A stretch of DNA of 64,000 bases from Auanema rhodensis. Taxonomy: Eukaryota > Animalia > Nematoda. The notes beneath the pieces were generated by a model. It did not search any database. It was not told the DNA's origin and saw only the letters and a list, made by a program, of their open reading frames with translations. Shown piece by piece: positions 38,001-53,800 of this stretch. The position numbers were made by a program, and so were the translations under genes. The stretch spans positions 21,080,001 to 21,144,000 of the forward strand of contig OZ059894.1 of the NCBI GenBank assembly GCA_964057225.1. The letters are read 5' to 3'. Position 1 is the stretch's first letter; the number at the start of each line of letters is the position of its first letter.

Positions 38001-41000
38001 CGATGGACAATGTTATTCAACGAAAAAATTAATTCTTCAGGGTGAAAATCGAGGATATAAGTGTGAACTTATATCAGTTGATATCTCGGTGCATTTTTAA
38101 GCTAGCGCAAATCTGATAACACAGATCGACGCAGCTTAAAAATCCGCATCGAATGCACTATACTACATTGAGAAACGCTTAATACAAAAATTAGTTATGA
38201 TCGTTTGAAAAATGATGCATTAGTGTATGTTGAGTTTCCATGTACACTCAACATTGCTTCCAAAAACATTTTGACAAAAATTTTTTCGAAAAATTTCAAA
38301 ATAATTTAGCAAAAAGTAGATGTTTTTAGATTCCTTTTTTCAAGGCAAAGACGATAGACAATGTTATTCAACGAAAAAATTAATTCTTCAGGGTGAAAAT
38401 CGAGGATATAAGTGTGAACTTATATCAGTTGATATCTCGGTGCATTTTTAAGCTAGCGCAAATCTGATAACACAGATCGACGCAGCTTAAAAATCCGCAT
38501 CGAATGCACTATACTACATTGAGAAACGCTTAATACAAAAATTAGTTATGATCGTTTGAAAAATGATGCATTAGTGTATGTTGAGTTTCCATGTACACTC
38601 AACATTGCTTCCAAAAACATTTTGACAAAAATTTTTTCGAAAAATTTCAAAATAATTTAGCAAAAAGTAGATGTTTTTAGATTCCTTCTTTTCAAGGCAA
38701 AGACGATAGACAATGTTATTCAACGAAAAAATTAATTCTTCAGGGTGAAAATCGAGGATATAAGTGTGAACTTATATCAGTTGATATCTCGGTGCATTTT
38801 TAAGCTAGCGCAAATCTGATAACACATATCGACGCAGCTTAAAAATCCGCATCGAATGCACTATACTACATTGAGAAACGCTTAATACAAAAATTAGTTA
38901 TGATCGTTTGAAAAATGATGCATTAGTGTATGTTGAGTTTCCATGTACACTCAACATTGCTTCCAAAAACATTTTGACAAAAATTTTTTCGAAAAATTTC
39001 AAAATAATTTAGCAAAAAGTAGATGTTTTTAGATTCCTTTTTTCAAGGCAAAGACGATGGACAATGTTATTCAACGAAAAAATTAATTCTTCAGGGTGAA
39101 AATCGAGGATATAAGTGTGAACTTATATCAGTTGATATCTCGGTGCATTTTTAAGCTAGCGCAAATCTGATAACACAGAACGACGCAGCTTAAAAATCCG
39201 CATCGAATGCACTATACTACATTGAGAAACGCTTAATACAAAAATTAGTTATGATCGTTTGAAAAATGATGCATTAGTGTATGTTGAGTTTCCATGTACA
39301 CTCAACATTGCTTCCAAAAACATTTTGACAAAAATTTTTTCGAAAAATTTCAAAATAATTTAGCAAAAAGTAGATGTTTTTAGATTCCTTCTTTTCAAGG
39401 CAAAGACGATAGACAATGTTATTCAACGAAAAAATTAATTCTTCAGGGTGAAAATCGAGGATATAAGTGTGAACTTATATCAGTTGATATCTCGGTGCAT
39501 TTTTAAGCTAGCGCAAATCTGATAACACATATCGACGCAGCTTAAAAATCCGCATCGAATGCACTATACTACATTGAGAAACGCTTAATACAAAAATTAG
39601 TTATGATCGTTTGAAAAATGATGCATTAGTGTATGTTGAGTTTCCATGTACACTCAACATTGCTTCCAAAAACATTTTGACAAAAATTTTTTCGAAAAAT
39701 TTCAAAATAATTTAGCAAAAAGTAGATGTTTTTAGATTCCTTTTTTCAAGGCAAAGACGATGGACAATGTTATTCAACGAAAAAATTAATTCTTCAGGGT
39801 GAAAATCGAGGATATAAGTGTGAACTTATATCAGTTGATATCTCGGTGCATTTTTAAGCTAGCGCAAATCTGATAACACAGAACGACGCAGCTTAAAAAT
39901 CCGCATCGAATGCACTATACTACATTGAGAAACGCTTAATACAAAAATTAGTTATGATCGTTTGAAAAATGATGCATTAGTGTATGTTGAGTTTCCATGT
40001 ACACTCAACATTGCTTCCAAAAACATTTTGACAAAAATTTTTTCGAGAAATTTCAAAATAATTTAGCAAAAAGTAGATGTTTTTAGATTCCTTTTTTCAA
40101 GGCAAAGACGATGGACAATGTTATTCAACGAAAAAATTAATTCTTCAGGGTGAAAATCGAGGATATAAGTGTGAACTTATATCAGTTGATATCTCGGTGC
40201 ATTTTTAAGCTAGCGCAAATCTGATAACACAGATCGACGCAGCTTAAAAATCCGCATCGAATGCACTATACTACATTGAGAAACGCTCAATACAAAAATT
40301 AGTTATGATCGTTTGAAAAATGATGCATTAGTGTATGTTGAGTTTCCATGTACACTCAACATTGCTTCCAAAAACATTTTGACAAAAATTTTTTCGAGAA
40401 ATTTCAAAATAATTTAGCAAAAAGTAGATGTTTTTAGATTCCTTTTTTCAAGGCAAAGACGATGGACAATGTTATTCAACGAAAAAATTAATTCTTCAGG
40501 GTGAAAATCGAGGATATAAGTGTGAACTTATATCAGTTGATATCTCGGTGCATTTTTAAGCTAGCGCAAATCTGATAACACAGAACGACGCAGCTTAAAA
40601 ATTCGCATCGAATGCACTATACTACATTGAAAAACGCTTAATACAAAAATTAGTTATGATCGTTTGAAAAATGATGCATTAGTGTATGTTGAGTTTCCAT
40701 GTACACTCAACATTGCTTCCAAAAACATTTTGACAAAAATTTTTTCGAAAAATTTCGAAATAATTTAGCAAAAAGTAGATGTTTTTAGATTCCATTTTTC
40801 AAGGCAAAGACGATGGACAATGTTATTCAACGTAAAAATTAATTCTTCAGGGTGAAAATCGAGGATATAAGTGTGAACTTATATCAGTTGATATCTCGGT
40901 GCATTTTTAAGCTAGCGCAAATCTGATAACACAGAACGACGCAGCTTAAAAATTCGCATCGAATGCACTATACTACATTGAAAAACGCTTAATACAAAAA

Positions 41001-44000
41001 TTAGTTATGATCGTTTGAAAAATGATGCATTAGTGTATGTTGAGTTTCCATGTACACTCAACATTGCTTCCAAAAACATTTTGACAAAAATTTTTTCGAA
41101 AAATTTCAAAATAATTTAGCAAAAAGTAGATGTTTTTAGATTCCTTTTTTCAAGGCAAAGACGATAGACAATGTTATTCAACGAAAAAATTAATTCTTCA
41201 GGGTGAAAATCGAGGATATAAGTGTGAACTTATATCAGTTGATATCTCGGTGCATTTTTAAGCTAGCGCAAATCTGATAACACAGATCGACGCAGCTTAA
41301 AAATCCGCATCGAATGCACTATACTACATTGAGAAACGCTTAATACAAAAATTAGTTATGATCGTTTGAAAAATGATGCATTAGTGTATGTTGAGTTTCC
41401 ATGTACACTCAACATTGCTTCCAAAAACATTTTGACAAAAATTTTTTCGAAAAATTTCAAAAAAATTTAGCAAAAAGTAGATGTTTTTAGATTCCTTTTT
41501 TCAAGGCAAAGACGATGGACAATGTTATTCAACGAAAAAATTAATTCTTCAGGGTGAAAATCGAGGATATAAGTGTGAACTTATATCAGTTGATATCTCG
41601 GTGCATTTTTAAGCTAGCGCAAATCTGATAACACAGAACGACGCAGCTTAAAAATTCGCATCGAATGCACTATACTACATTGAAAAACGCTTAATACAAA
41701 AATTAGTTATGATCGTTTGAAAAATGATGCATTAGTGTATGTTGAGTTTCCATGTACACTCAACATTGCTTCCAAAAACATTTTGACAAAAATTTTTTCG
41801 AAAAATTTCGAAATAATTTAGCAAAAAGTAGATGTTTTTAGATTCCATTTTTCAAGGCAAAGACGATGGATAATGTTATTCAACGTAAAAATTAATTCTT
41901 CAGGGTGAAAATCGAGGATATAAGTGTGAACTTATATCAGTTGATATCTCGGTGCATTTTTAAGCTAGCGCAAATCTGATAACACAGAACGACGCAGCTT
42001 AAAAATTCGCATCGAATGCACTATACTACATTGAAAAACGCTTAATACAAAAATTAGTTATGATCGTTTGAAAAATGATGCATTAGTGTATGTTGAGTTT
42101 CCATGTACACTCAACATTGCTTCCAAAAACATTTTGACAAAAATTTTTTCGAAAAATTTCAAAATAATTTAGCAAAAAGTAGATGTTTTTAGATTCCTTT
42201 TTTCAAGGCAAAGACGATAGACAATGTTATTCAACGAAAAAATTAATTCTTCAGGGTGAAAATCGAGGATATAAGTGTGAACTTATATCAGTTGATATCT
42301 CGGTGCATTTTTAAGCTAGCGCAAATCTGATAACACAGAACGACGCAGCTTAAAAATTCGCATCGAATGCACTATACTACATTGAAAAACGCTTAATACA
42401 AAAATTAGTTATGATCGTTTGAAAAATGATGCATTAGTGTATGTTGAGTTTCCATGTACACTCAACATTGCTTCCAAAAACATTTTGACAAAAATTTTTT
42501 CGAAAAATTTCAAAATAATTTAGCAAAAAGTAGATGTTTTTAGATTCCTTTTTTCAAGGCAAAGACGATAGACAATGTTATTCAACGAAAAAATTAATTC
42601 TTCAGGGTGAAAATCGAGGATATAAGTGTGAACTTATATCAGTTGATATCTCGGTGCATTTTTAAGCTAGCGCAAATCTGATAACACAGATCGACGCAGC
42701 TTAAAAATCCGCATCGAATGCACTATACTACATTGAGAAACGCTTAATACAAAAATTAGTTATGATCGTTTGAAAAATGATGCATTAGTGTATGTTGAGT
42801 TTCCATGTACACTCAACATTGCTTCCAAAAACATTTTGACAAAAATTTTTTCGAAAAATTTCAGAATAATTTAGCAAAAAGTAGATGTTTTTAGATTCCT
42901 TTTTTCAAGGCAAAGACGATAGACAATGTTATTCAACGAAAAAATTAATTCTTCAGGGTGAAAATCGAGGATATAAGTGTGAACTTATATCAGTTGATAT
43001 CTCGGTGCATTTTTAAGCTAGCGCAAATCTGATAACACAGATCGACGCAGCTTAAAAATCCGCATCGAATGCACTATACTACATTGAGAAACGCTTAATA
43101 CAAAAATTAGTTATGATCGTTTGAAAAATGATGCATTAGTGTATGTTGAGTTTCCATGTACACTCAACATTGCTTCCAAAAACATTTTGACAAAAATTTT
43201 TTCGAAAAATTTCAGAATAATTTAGCAAAAAGTAGATGTTTTTAGATTCCTTTTTTCAAGGCAAAGACGATAGACAATGTTATTCAACGAAAAAATTAAT
43301 TCTTCAGGGTGAAAATCGAGGATATAAGTGTGAACTTATATCAGTTGATATCTCGGTGCATTTTTAAGCTAGCGCAAATCTGATAACACAGATCGACGCA
43401 GCTTAAAAATCCGCATCGAATGCACTATACTACATTGAGAAACGCTTAATACAAAAATTAGTTATGATCGTTTGAAAAATGATGCATTAGTGTATGTTGA
43501 GTTTCCATGTACACTCAACATTGCTTCCAAAAACATTTTGACAAAAATTTTTTCGAAAAATTTCAAAATAATTTAGCAAAAAGTAGATGTTTTTAGATTC
43601 CTTTTTTCAAGGCAAAGACGATGGACAATGTTATTCAACGAAAAAATTAATTCTTCAGGGTGAAAATCGAGGATATAAGTGTGAACTTATATCAGTTGAT
43701 ATCTCGGTGCATTTTTAAGCTAGCGCAAATCTGATAACACAGATCGACGCAGCTTAAAAATCCGCATCGAATGCACTATACTACATTGAGAAACGCTTAA
43801 TACAAAAATTAGTTATGATCGTTTGAAAAATGATGCATTAGTGTATGTTGAGTTTCCATGTACACTCAACATTGCTTCCAAAAACATTTTGACAAAAATT
43901 TTTTCGAAAAATTTCAAAATAATTTAGCAAAAAGTAGATGTTTTTAGATTCCTTTTTTCAAGGCAAAGAAGATAGACAATGTTATTCAACGAAAAAATTA

Positions 44001-47000
44001 ATTCTTCAGGGTGAAAATCGAGGATATAAGTGTGAACTTATATCAGTTGATATCTCGGTGCATTTTTAAGCTAGCGCAAATCTGATAACACAGATCGACG
44101 CAGCTTAAAAATCCGCATCGAATGCACTATACTACATTGAGAAACGCTTAATACAAAAATTAGTTATGATCGTTTGAAAAATGATGCATTAGTGTATGTT
44201 GAGTTTCCATGTACACTCAACATTGCTTCCAAAAACATTTTGACAAAAATTTTTTCGAAAAATTTCAAAATAATTTAGCAAAAAGTAGATGTTTTTAGAT
44301 TCCTTCTTTTCAAGGCAAAGACGATAGACAATGTTATTCAACGAAAAAATTAATTCTTCAGGGTGAAAATCGAGGATATAAGTGTGAACTTATATCAGTT
44401 GATATCTCGGTGCATTTTTAAGCTAGCGCAAATCTGATAACACATATCGACGCAGCTTAAAAATCCGCATCGAATGCACTATACTACATTGAGAAACGCT
44501 TAATACAAAAATTAGTTATGATCGTTTGAAAAATGATGCATTAGTGTATGTTGAGTTTCCATGTACACTCAACATTGCTTCCAAAAACATTTTGACAAAA
44601 ATTTTTTTGAAAAATTTCAAAATAATTTAGCAAAAAGTAGATGTTTTTAGATTCCTTTTTTCAAGGCAAAGACGATGGACAATGTTATTCAACGAAAAAA
44701 TTAATTCTTCAGGGTGAAAATCGAGGATATAAGTGTGAACTTATATCAGTTGATATCTCGGTGCATTTTTAAGCTAGCGCAAATCTGATAACACAGAACG
44801 ACGCAGCTTAAAAATCCGCATCGAATGCACTATACTACATTGAGAAACGCTTAATACAAAAATTAGTTATGATCGTTTGAAAAATGATGCATTAGTGTAT
44901 GTTGAGTTTCCATGTACACTCAACATTGCTTCCAAAAACATTTTGACAAAAATTTTTTCGAGAAATTTCAAAATAATTTAGCAAAAAGTAGATGTTTTTA
45001 GATTCCTTTTTTCAAGGCAAAGACGATGGACAATGTTATTCAACGAAAAAATTAATTCTTCAGGGTGAAAATCGAGGATATAAGTGTGAACTTATATCAG
45101 TTGATATCTCGGTGCATTTTTAAGCTAGCGCAAATCTGATAACACAGATCGACGCAGCTTAAAAATCCGCATCGAATGCACTATACTACATTGAAAAACG
45201 CTTAATACAAAAATTAGTTATGATCGTTTGAAAAATGATGCATTAGTGTATGTTGAGTTTCCATGTACACTCAACATTGCTTCCAAAAACATTTTGACAA
45301 AAATTTTTTCGAAAAATTTCGAAATAATTTAGCAAAAAGTAGATGTTTTTAGATTCCATTTTTCAAGGCAAAGACGATGGACAATGTTATTCAACGTAAA
45401 AATTAATTCTTCAGGGTGAAAATCGAGGATATAAGTGTGAACTTATATCAGTTGATATCTCGGTGCATTTTTAAGCTAGCGCAAATCTGATAACACAGAT
45501 CGACGCAGCTTAAAAATCCGCATCGAATGCACTATACTACATTGAGAAACGCTTAATACAAAAATTAGTTATGATCGTTTGAAAAATGATGCATTAGTGT
45601 ATGTTGAGTTTCCATGTACACTCAACATTGCTTCCAAAAACATTTTGACAAAAATTTTTTCGAAAAATTTCAAAATAATTTAGCAAAAAGTAGATGTTTT
45701 TAGATTCCTTTTTTCAAGGCAAAGACGATGGACAATGTAATTCAACGAAAAAATTAATTCTTCAGGGTGAAAATCGAGGATATAAGTGTGAACTTATATC
45801 AGTTGATATCTCGGTGCATTTTTAAGCTAGCGCAAATCTGATAACACAGAACGACGCAGCTTAAAAATTCGCATCGAATGCACTATACTACATTGAAAAA
45901 CGCTTAATACAAAAATTAGTTATGATCGTTTGAAAAATGATGCATTAGTGTATGTTGAGTTTCCATGTACACTCAACATTGCTTCCAAAAACATTTTGAC
46001 AAAAATTTTTTCGAAAAATTTCGAAATAATTTAGCAAAAAGTAGATGTTTTTAGATTCCATTTTTCAAGGCAAAGACGATGGACAATGTTATTCAACGAA
46101 AAAATTAATTCTTCAGGGTGAAAATCGAGGATATAAGTGTGAACTTATATCAGTTGATATCTCGGTGCATTTTTAAGCTAGCGCAAATCTGATAACACAG
46201 ATCGACGCAGCTTAAAAATCCGCATCGAATGCACTATACTACATTGAGAAACGCTTAATACAAAAATTAGTTATGATCGTTTGAAAAATGATGCATTAGT
46301 GTATGTTGAGTTTCCATGTACACTCAACATTGCTTCCAAAAACATTTTGACAAAAATTTTTTCGAAAAATTTCGAAATAATTTAGCAAAAAGTAGATGTT
46401 TTTAGATTCCATTTTTCAAGGCAAAGACGATGGACAATGTTATTCAACGAAAAAATTAATTCTTCAGGGTGAAAATCGAGGATATAAGTGTGAACTTATA
46501 TCAGTTGATATCTCGGTGCATTTTTAAGCTAGCGCAAATCTGATAACACAGATCGACGCAGCTTAAAAATCCGCATCGAATGCACTATACTACATTGAGA
46601 AACGCTTAATACAAAAATTAGTTATGATCGTTTGAAAAATGATGCATTAGTGTATGTTGAGTTTCCATGTACACTCAACATTGCTTCCAAAAACATTTTG
46701 ACAAAAATTTTTTCGAGAAATTTCAAAATAATTTAGCAAAAAGTAGATGTTTTTAGATTCCTTTTTTCAAGGCAAAGACGATGGACATTGTTATTCGACG
46801 AAAAAATTAATTCTTCAGGGTGAAAATCGAGGATATAAGTGTGAACTTATATCAGTTGATATCTCGGTGCATTTTTAAGCTAGCGCAAATCTGATAACAC
46901 AGAACGACGCAGCTTAAAAATTCGCATCGAATGCACTATACTACATTGAAAAACGCTTAATACAAAAATTAGTTATGATCGTTTGAAAAATGATCCATTA

Positions 47001-47879
47001 GTGTATGTTGAGTTTCCATGTACACTCAACATTGCTTCCAAAAACATTTTGACAAAAATTTTTTCGAGAAATTTCAAAATAATTTAGCAAAAAGTAGATG
47101 TTTTTAGATTCCTTTTTTCAAGGCAAAGACGATGGACAATGTTATTCAACGAAAAAATTAATTCTTCAGGGTGAAAATCGAGGATATAAGTGTGAACTTA
47201 TATCAGTTGATATCTCGGTGCATTTTTAAGCTAGCGCAAATCTGATAACACAGATCGACGCAGCTTAAAAATCCGCATCGAATGCACTATACTACATTGA
47301 GAAACGCTTAATACAAAAATTAGTTATGATCGTTTGAAAAATGATGCATTAGTGTATGTTGAGTTTCCATGTACACTCAACATTGCTTCCAAAAACATTT
47401 TGACAAAAATTTTTTCGAAAAATTTCAAAATAATTTAGCAAAAAGTAGATGTTTTTAGATTCCTTTTTTCAAGGCAAAGACGATGGACAATGTAATTCAA
47501 CGAAAAAATTAATTCTTCAGGGTGAAAATCGAGGATATAAGTGTGAACTTATATCAGTTGATATCTCGGTGCATTTTTAAGCTAGCGCAAATCTGATAAC
47601 ACAGAACAACGCAGCTTAAAAATCCGCATCGAATGCACTATACTACATTGAGAAACGCTTAATACAAAAATTAGTTATGATCGTTTGAAAAATGATGCAT
47701 TAGTGTATGTTGAGTTTCCATGTACACTCAACATTGCTTCCAAAAACATTTTGACAAAAATTTTTTCGAGAAATTTCAAAATAATTTAGCAAAAAGTAGA
47801 TGTTTTTAGATTCCTTTTTTCAAGGCAAAGACGATGGACAATGTTATTCAACGAAAAAATTAATTCTTCAGGGTGAAAA

Positions 47880-50800
47880 TCGAGGATTTAAGTGTAAACT
47901 TATATCAGTTGATATCTCGGTGCATTTTTAAGCTAGCGCAAATCTGATAACACAGATCGACGCAGCTTAAAAATCCGCATCGAATGCACTATACTACATT
48001 GAGAAACGCTTAATACAAAAATTAGTTATGATCGTTTGAAAAATGATGCATTAGTGTATGTTGAGTTTCCATGTACACTCAACATTGCTTCCAAAAACAT
48101 TTTGACAAAAATTTTTTCGAAAAATTTCAGAATAATTCAGCAAAAAGTAGATGTTTTTAGATTCCTATTTCCAAGGCAAAGACGATGGACAATGTTATTC
48201 AACGAAAAAATTAATTCTTCAGGGTGAAAATCGAGGATATAAGTGTGAACTTATATCAGTTGATATCTCGGTGCATTTTTAAGCTAGCGCAAATCTGATA
48301 ACACAGATCGACGCAGCTTAAAAATCCGCATCGAATGCACTATACTACATTGAGAAACGTTTGATACAAAAATTAGTTATGATCGTTTGAAAAATGATGC
48401 ATTAGTGTATGTTGAGTTTCCATGTACACTCAACATTGCTTCCAAAAACATTTTGACAAAAATGTTTTCGGAAAATTTCAGAATAATTCAGCAAAAAGTA
48501 GATGTTTTTAGATTCCTTTTTCCAAGGCAAAGACGATGGACAATGTTATTCAACGAAAAAATTAATTCTTCAGGGTGAAAATCGAGGATATAAGTGTGAA
48601 CTTATATCAGTTGATATCTCGGTGCATTTTTAAGCTAGCGCAAATCTGATAACACAGATCGACGCAGCTTAAAAATCCGCATCGAATGCACTATACTACA
48701 TTGAGAAACGTTTGATACAAAAATTAGTTATGATCGTTTGAAAAATGATGCATTAGTGTATGTTGAGTTTCCATGTACACTCAACATTGCTTCCAAAAAC
48801 ATTTTGACAAAAATTTTTTCGAAAAATTTCAAAATAATTTAGCAAAAAGTAGATGTTTTTAGATTCCTTTTTTTAAGGCAAAGACGATGGACAATGTTAT
48901 TCAACGAAAAAATTAATTCTTCAGGGTGAAAATCGAGGATATAAGTGTGAACTTATATCAGTTGATATCTCGGTGCATTTTTAAGCTAGCGCAAATCTGA
49001 TAACACAGATCGACGCAGCTTAAAAATCCGCATCGAATGCACTATACTACATTGAGAAACGCTTAATACACAAATTAGTTATGATCGTTTGAAAAATGAT
49101 GCATTAGTGTATGTTGAGTTTCCATGTACACTCAACATTGCTTCCAAAAACATTTTGACAAAAATTTTTTCGAAAAATTTCAAAATAATTTAGCAAAAAG
49201 TAGATGTTTTTAGATTTCTTTTTTCAAGGCAAAGACGATGGACAATGTTATTCAACGAAAAAATTAATTCTTCAGGGTGAAAATCGAGGATATAAGTGTA
49301 AACTTATATCAGTTGATATCTCGGTGCATTTTTAAGCTAGCGCAAATCTGATAACACAGATCGACGCAGCTTAAAAATCCGCATCGAATGCACTATACTA
49401 CATTGAGAAACGCTTAATACAAAAATTAGTTATGATCGTTTGAAAAATGATGCATTAGTGTATGTTGAGTTTCCATGTACACTCAACATTGCTTCCAAAA
49501 ACATTTTGACAAAAATTTTTTCGAAAAATTTCAGAATAATTCAGCAAAAAGTAGATGTTTTTAGATTCCTTTTTCCAAGGCAAAGACGATGGACAATGTT
49601 ATTCAACGAAAAAATTAATTCTTCAGGGTGAAAATCGAGGATATAAGTGTGAACTTATATCAGTTGATATCTCGGTGCATTTTTAAGCTAGCGCAAATCT
49701 GATAACACAGATCGACGCAGCTTAAAAATCCGCATCGAATGCACTATACTACATTGAGAAACGCTTAATACACAAATTAGTTATGATCGTTTGAAAAATG
49801 ATGCATTAGTGTATGTTGAGTTTCCATGTACACTCAACATTGCTTCCAAAAACATTTTGACAAAAATTTTTTCGAAAAATTTCAAAATAATTTAGCAAAA
49901 AGTAGATGTTTTTAGATTTCTTTTTTCAAGGCAAAGACGATGGACAATGTTATTCAACGAAAAAATTAATTCTTCAGGGTGAAAATCGAGGATATAAGTG
50001 TGAACTTATATCAGTTGATATCTCGGTGCATTTTTAAGCTAGCGCAAATCTGATAACACAGATCGACGCAGCTTAAAAATCCGCATCGAATGCACTATAC
50101 TACATTGAGAAACGTTTGATACAAAAATTAGTTATGATCGTTTGAAAAATGATGCATTAGTGTATGTTGAGTTTCCATGTACACTCAACATTGCTTCCAA
50201 AAACATTTTGACAAAAATTTTTTCGAAAAATTTCAAAATAATTTAGCAAAAAGTAGATGTTTTTAGATTTCTTTTTTCAAGGCAAAGACGATGGACAATG
50301 TTATTCAACGAAAAAATTAATTCTTCAGGGTGAAAATCGAGGATATAAGTGTGAACTTATATCAGTTGATATCTCGGTGCATTTTTAAGCTAGCGCAAAT
50401 CTGATAACACAGATCGACGCAGCTTAAAAATCCGCATCGAATGCACTATACTACATTGAGAAACGCTTAATACACAAATTAGTTATGATCGTTTGAAAAA
50501 TGATGCATTAGTGTATGTTGAGTTTCCATGTACACTCAACATTGCTTCCAAAAACATTTTGACAAAAATTTTTTCGAAAAATTTCAAAATAATTTAGCAA
50601 AAAGTAGATGTTTTTAGATTTCTTTTTTCAAGGCAAAGACGATGGACAATGTTATTCAACGAAAAAATTAATTCTTCAGGGTGAAAATCGAGGATATAAG
50701 TGTAAACTTATATCAGTTGATATCTCGGTGCATTTTTAAGCTAGCGCAAATCTGATAACACAGATCGACGCAGCTTAAAAATCCGCATCGAATGCACTAT

Positions 50801-53800
50801 ACTACATTGAGAAACGCTTAATACAAAAATTAGTTATGATCGTTTGAAAAATGATGCATTAGTGTATGTTGAGTTTCCATGTACACTCAACATTGCTTCC
50901 AAAAACATTTTGATAAAAATTTTTTCGAAAAATTTCAGAATAATTCAGCAAAAAGTAGATGTTTTTAGATTCCTTTTTCCAAGGCAAAGACGATGGACAA
51001 TGTTATTCAACGAAAAAATTAATTCTTCAGGGTGAAAATCGAGGATATAAGTGTGAACTTATATCAGTTGATATCTCGGTGCATTTTTAAGCTAGCGCAA
51101 ATCTGATAACACAGATCGACGCAGCTTAAAAATCCGCATCGAATGCACTATACTACATTGAGAAACGTTTGATACAAAAATTAGTTATGATCGTTTGAAA
51201 AATGATGCATTAGTGTATGTTGAGTTTCCATGTACACTCAACATTGCTTCCAAAAACATTTTGACAAAAATTTTTTCGAAAAATTTCAAAATAATTTAGC
51301 AAAAAGTAGATGTTTTTAGATTTCTTTTTTCAAGGCAAAGACGATGGACAATGTTATTCAACGAAAAAATTAATTCTTCAGGGTGAAAATCGAGGATATA
51401 AGTGTGAACTTATATCAGTTGATATCTCGGTGCATTTTTAAGCTAGCGCAAATCTGATAACACAGATCGACGCAGCTTAAAAATCCGCATCGAATGCACT
51501 ATACTACATTGAGAAACGCTTAATACAAAAATTAGTTATGATCGTTTGAAAAATGATGCATTAGTGTATGTTGAGTTTCCATGTACACTCAACATTGCTT
51601 CCAAAAACATTTTGATAAAAATTTTTTCGAAAAATTTCAGAATAATTCAGCAAAAAGTAGATGTTTTTAGATTCCTTTTTCCAAGGCAAAGACGATGGAC
51701 AATGTTATTCAACGAAAAAATTAATTCTTCAGGGTGAAAATCGAGGATATAAGTGTGAACTTATATCAGTTGATATCTCGGTGCATTTTTAAGCTAGCGC
51801 AAATCTGATAACACAGATCGACGCAGCTTAAAAATCCGCATCGAATGCACTATACTACATTGAGAAACGTTTGATACAAAAATTAGTTATGATCGTTTGA
51901 AAAATGATGCATTAGTGTATGTTGAGTTTCCATGTACACTCAACATTGCTTCCAAAAACATTTTGACAAAAATTTTTTCGAAAAATTTCAAAATAATTTA
52001 GCAAAAAGTAGATGTTTTTAGATTTCTTTTTTCAAGGCAAAGACGATGGACAATGTTATTCAACGAAAAAATTAATTCTTCAGGGTGAAAATCGAGGATA
52101 TAAGTGTGAACTTATATCAGTTGATATCTCGGTGCATTTTTAAGCTAGCGCAAATCTGATAACACAGATCGACGCAGCTTAAAAATCCGCATCGAATGCA
52201 CTATACTACATTGAGAAACGCTTAATACACAAATTAGTTATGATCGTTTGAAAAATGATGCATTAGTGTATGTTGAGTTTCCATGTACACTCAACATTGC
52301 TTCCAAAAACATTTTGACAAAAATTTTTTCGAAAAATTTCAAAATAATTTAGCAAAAAGTAGATGTTTTTAGATTTCTTTTTTCAAGGCAAAGACGATGG
52401 ACAATGTTATTCAACGAAAAAATTAATTCTTCAGGGTGAAAATCGAGGATATAAGTGTGAACATATATCAGTTGATATCTCGGTGCATTTTTAAGCTAGC
52501 GCAAATCGGATAACACAGATCGACGCAGCTTAAAAATCCGCATCGAATGCACTATACTACATTGAAAAACGCTTAATACACAAATTAGTTATGATCGTTT
52601 GAAAAATGATGCATTAGTGTATGTTGAGTTTCCATGTACACTCAACATTGCTTCCAAAAACATTTTGACAAAAATTTTTTCGAAAAATTTCAAAATAATT
52701 TAGCAAAAAGTAGATGTTTTTAGATTTCTTTTTTCAAGGCAAAGACGATGGACAATGTTATTCAACGAAAAAATTAATTCTTCAGGGTGAAAATCGAGGA
52801 TATAAGTGTGAACATATATCAGTTGATATCTCGGTGCATTTTTAAGCTAGCGCAAATCTGATAACACAGATCGACGCAGCTTAAAAATCCGCATCGAATG
52901 CACTATACTACATTGAGAAACGTTTGTTACAAAAATTAGTTATGATCGTTTGAAAAATGATGCATTAGTGTATGTTGAGTTTCCATGTACACTCAACATT
53001 GCTTCCAAAAACATTTTGACAAAAATTTTTTCGAAAAATTTCAAAATAATTTAGCAAAAAGTAGATGTTTTTAGATTTCTTTTTTCAAGGCAAAGACGAT
53101 GGACAATGTTATTCAACGAAAAAATTAATTCTTCAGGGTGAAAATCGAGGATATAAGTGTGAACTTATATCAGTTGATATCTCGGTGCATTTTTAAGCTA
53201 GCGCAAATCTGATAACACAGATCGACGCAGCTTAAAAATCCGCATCGAATGCACTATACTACATTGAGAAACGCTTAATACACAAATTAGTTATGATCGT
53301 TTGAAAAATGATGCATTAGTGTATGTTGAGTTTCCATGTACACTCAACATTGCTTCCAAAAACATTTTGACAAAAATTTTTTCGAAAAATTTCAAAATAA
53401 TTTAGCAAAAAGTAGATGTTTTTAGATTTCTTTTTTCAAGGCAAAGACGATGGACAATGTTATTCAACGAAAAAATTAATTCTTCAGGGTGAAAATCGAG
53501 GATATAAGTGTAAACTTATATCAGTTGATATCTCGGTGCATTTTTAAGCTAGCGCACATCTGATAACACAGATCGACGCAGCTTAAAAATCCGCATCGAA
53601 TGCACTATACTACATTGAGAAACGCTTAATACACAAATTAGTTATGATCGTTTGAAAAATGATGCATTAGTGTATGTTGAGTTTCCATGTACACTCAACA
53701 TTGCTTCCAAAAACATTTTGACAAAAATTTTTTCGAAAAATTTCAAAATAATTTAGCAAAAAGTAGATGTTTTTAGATTTCTTTTTTCAAGGCAAAGACG

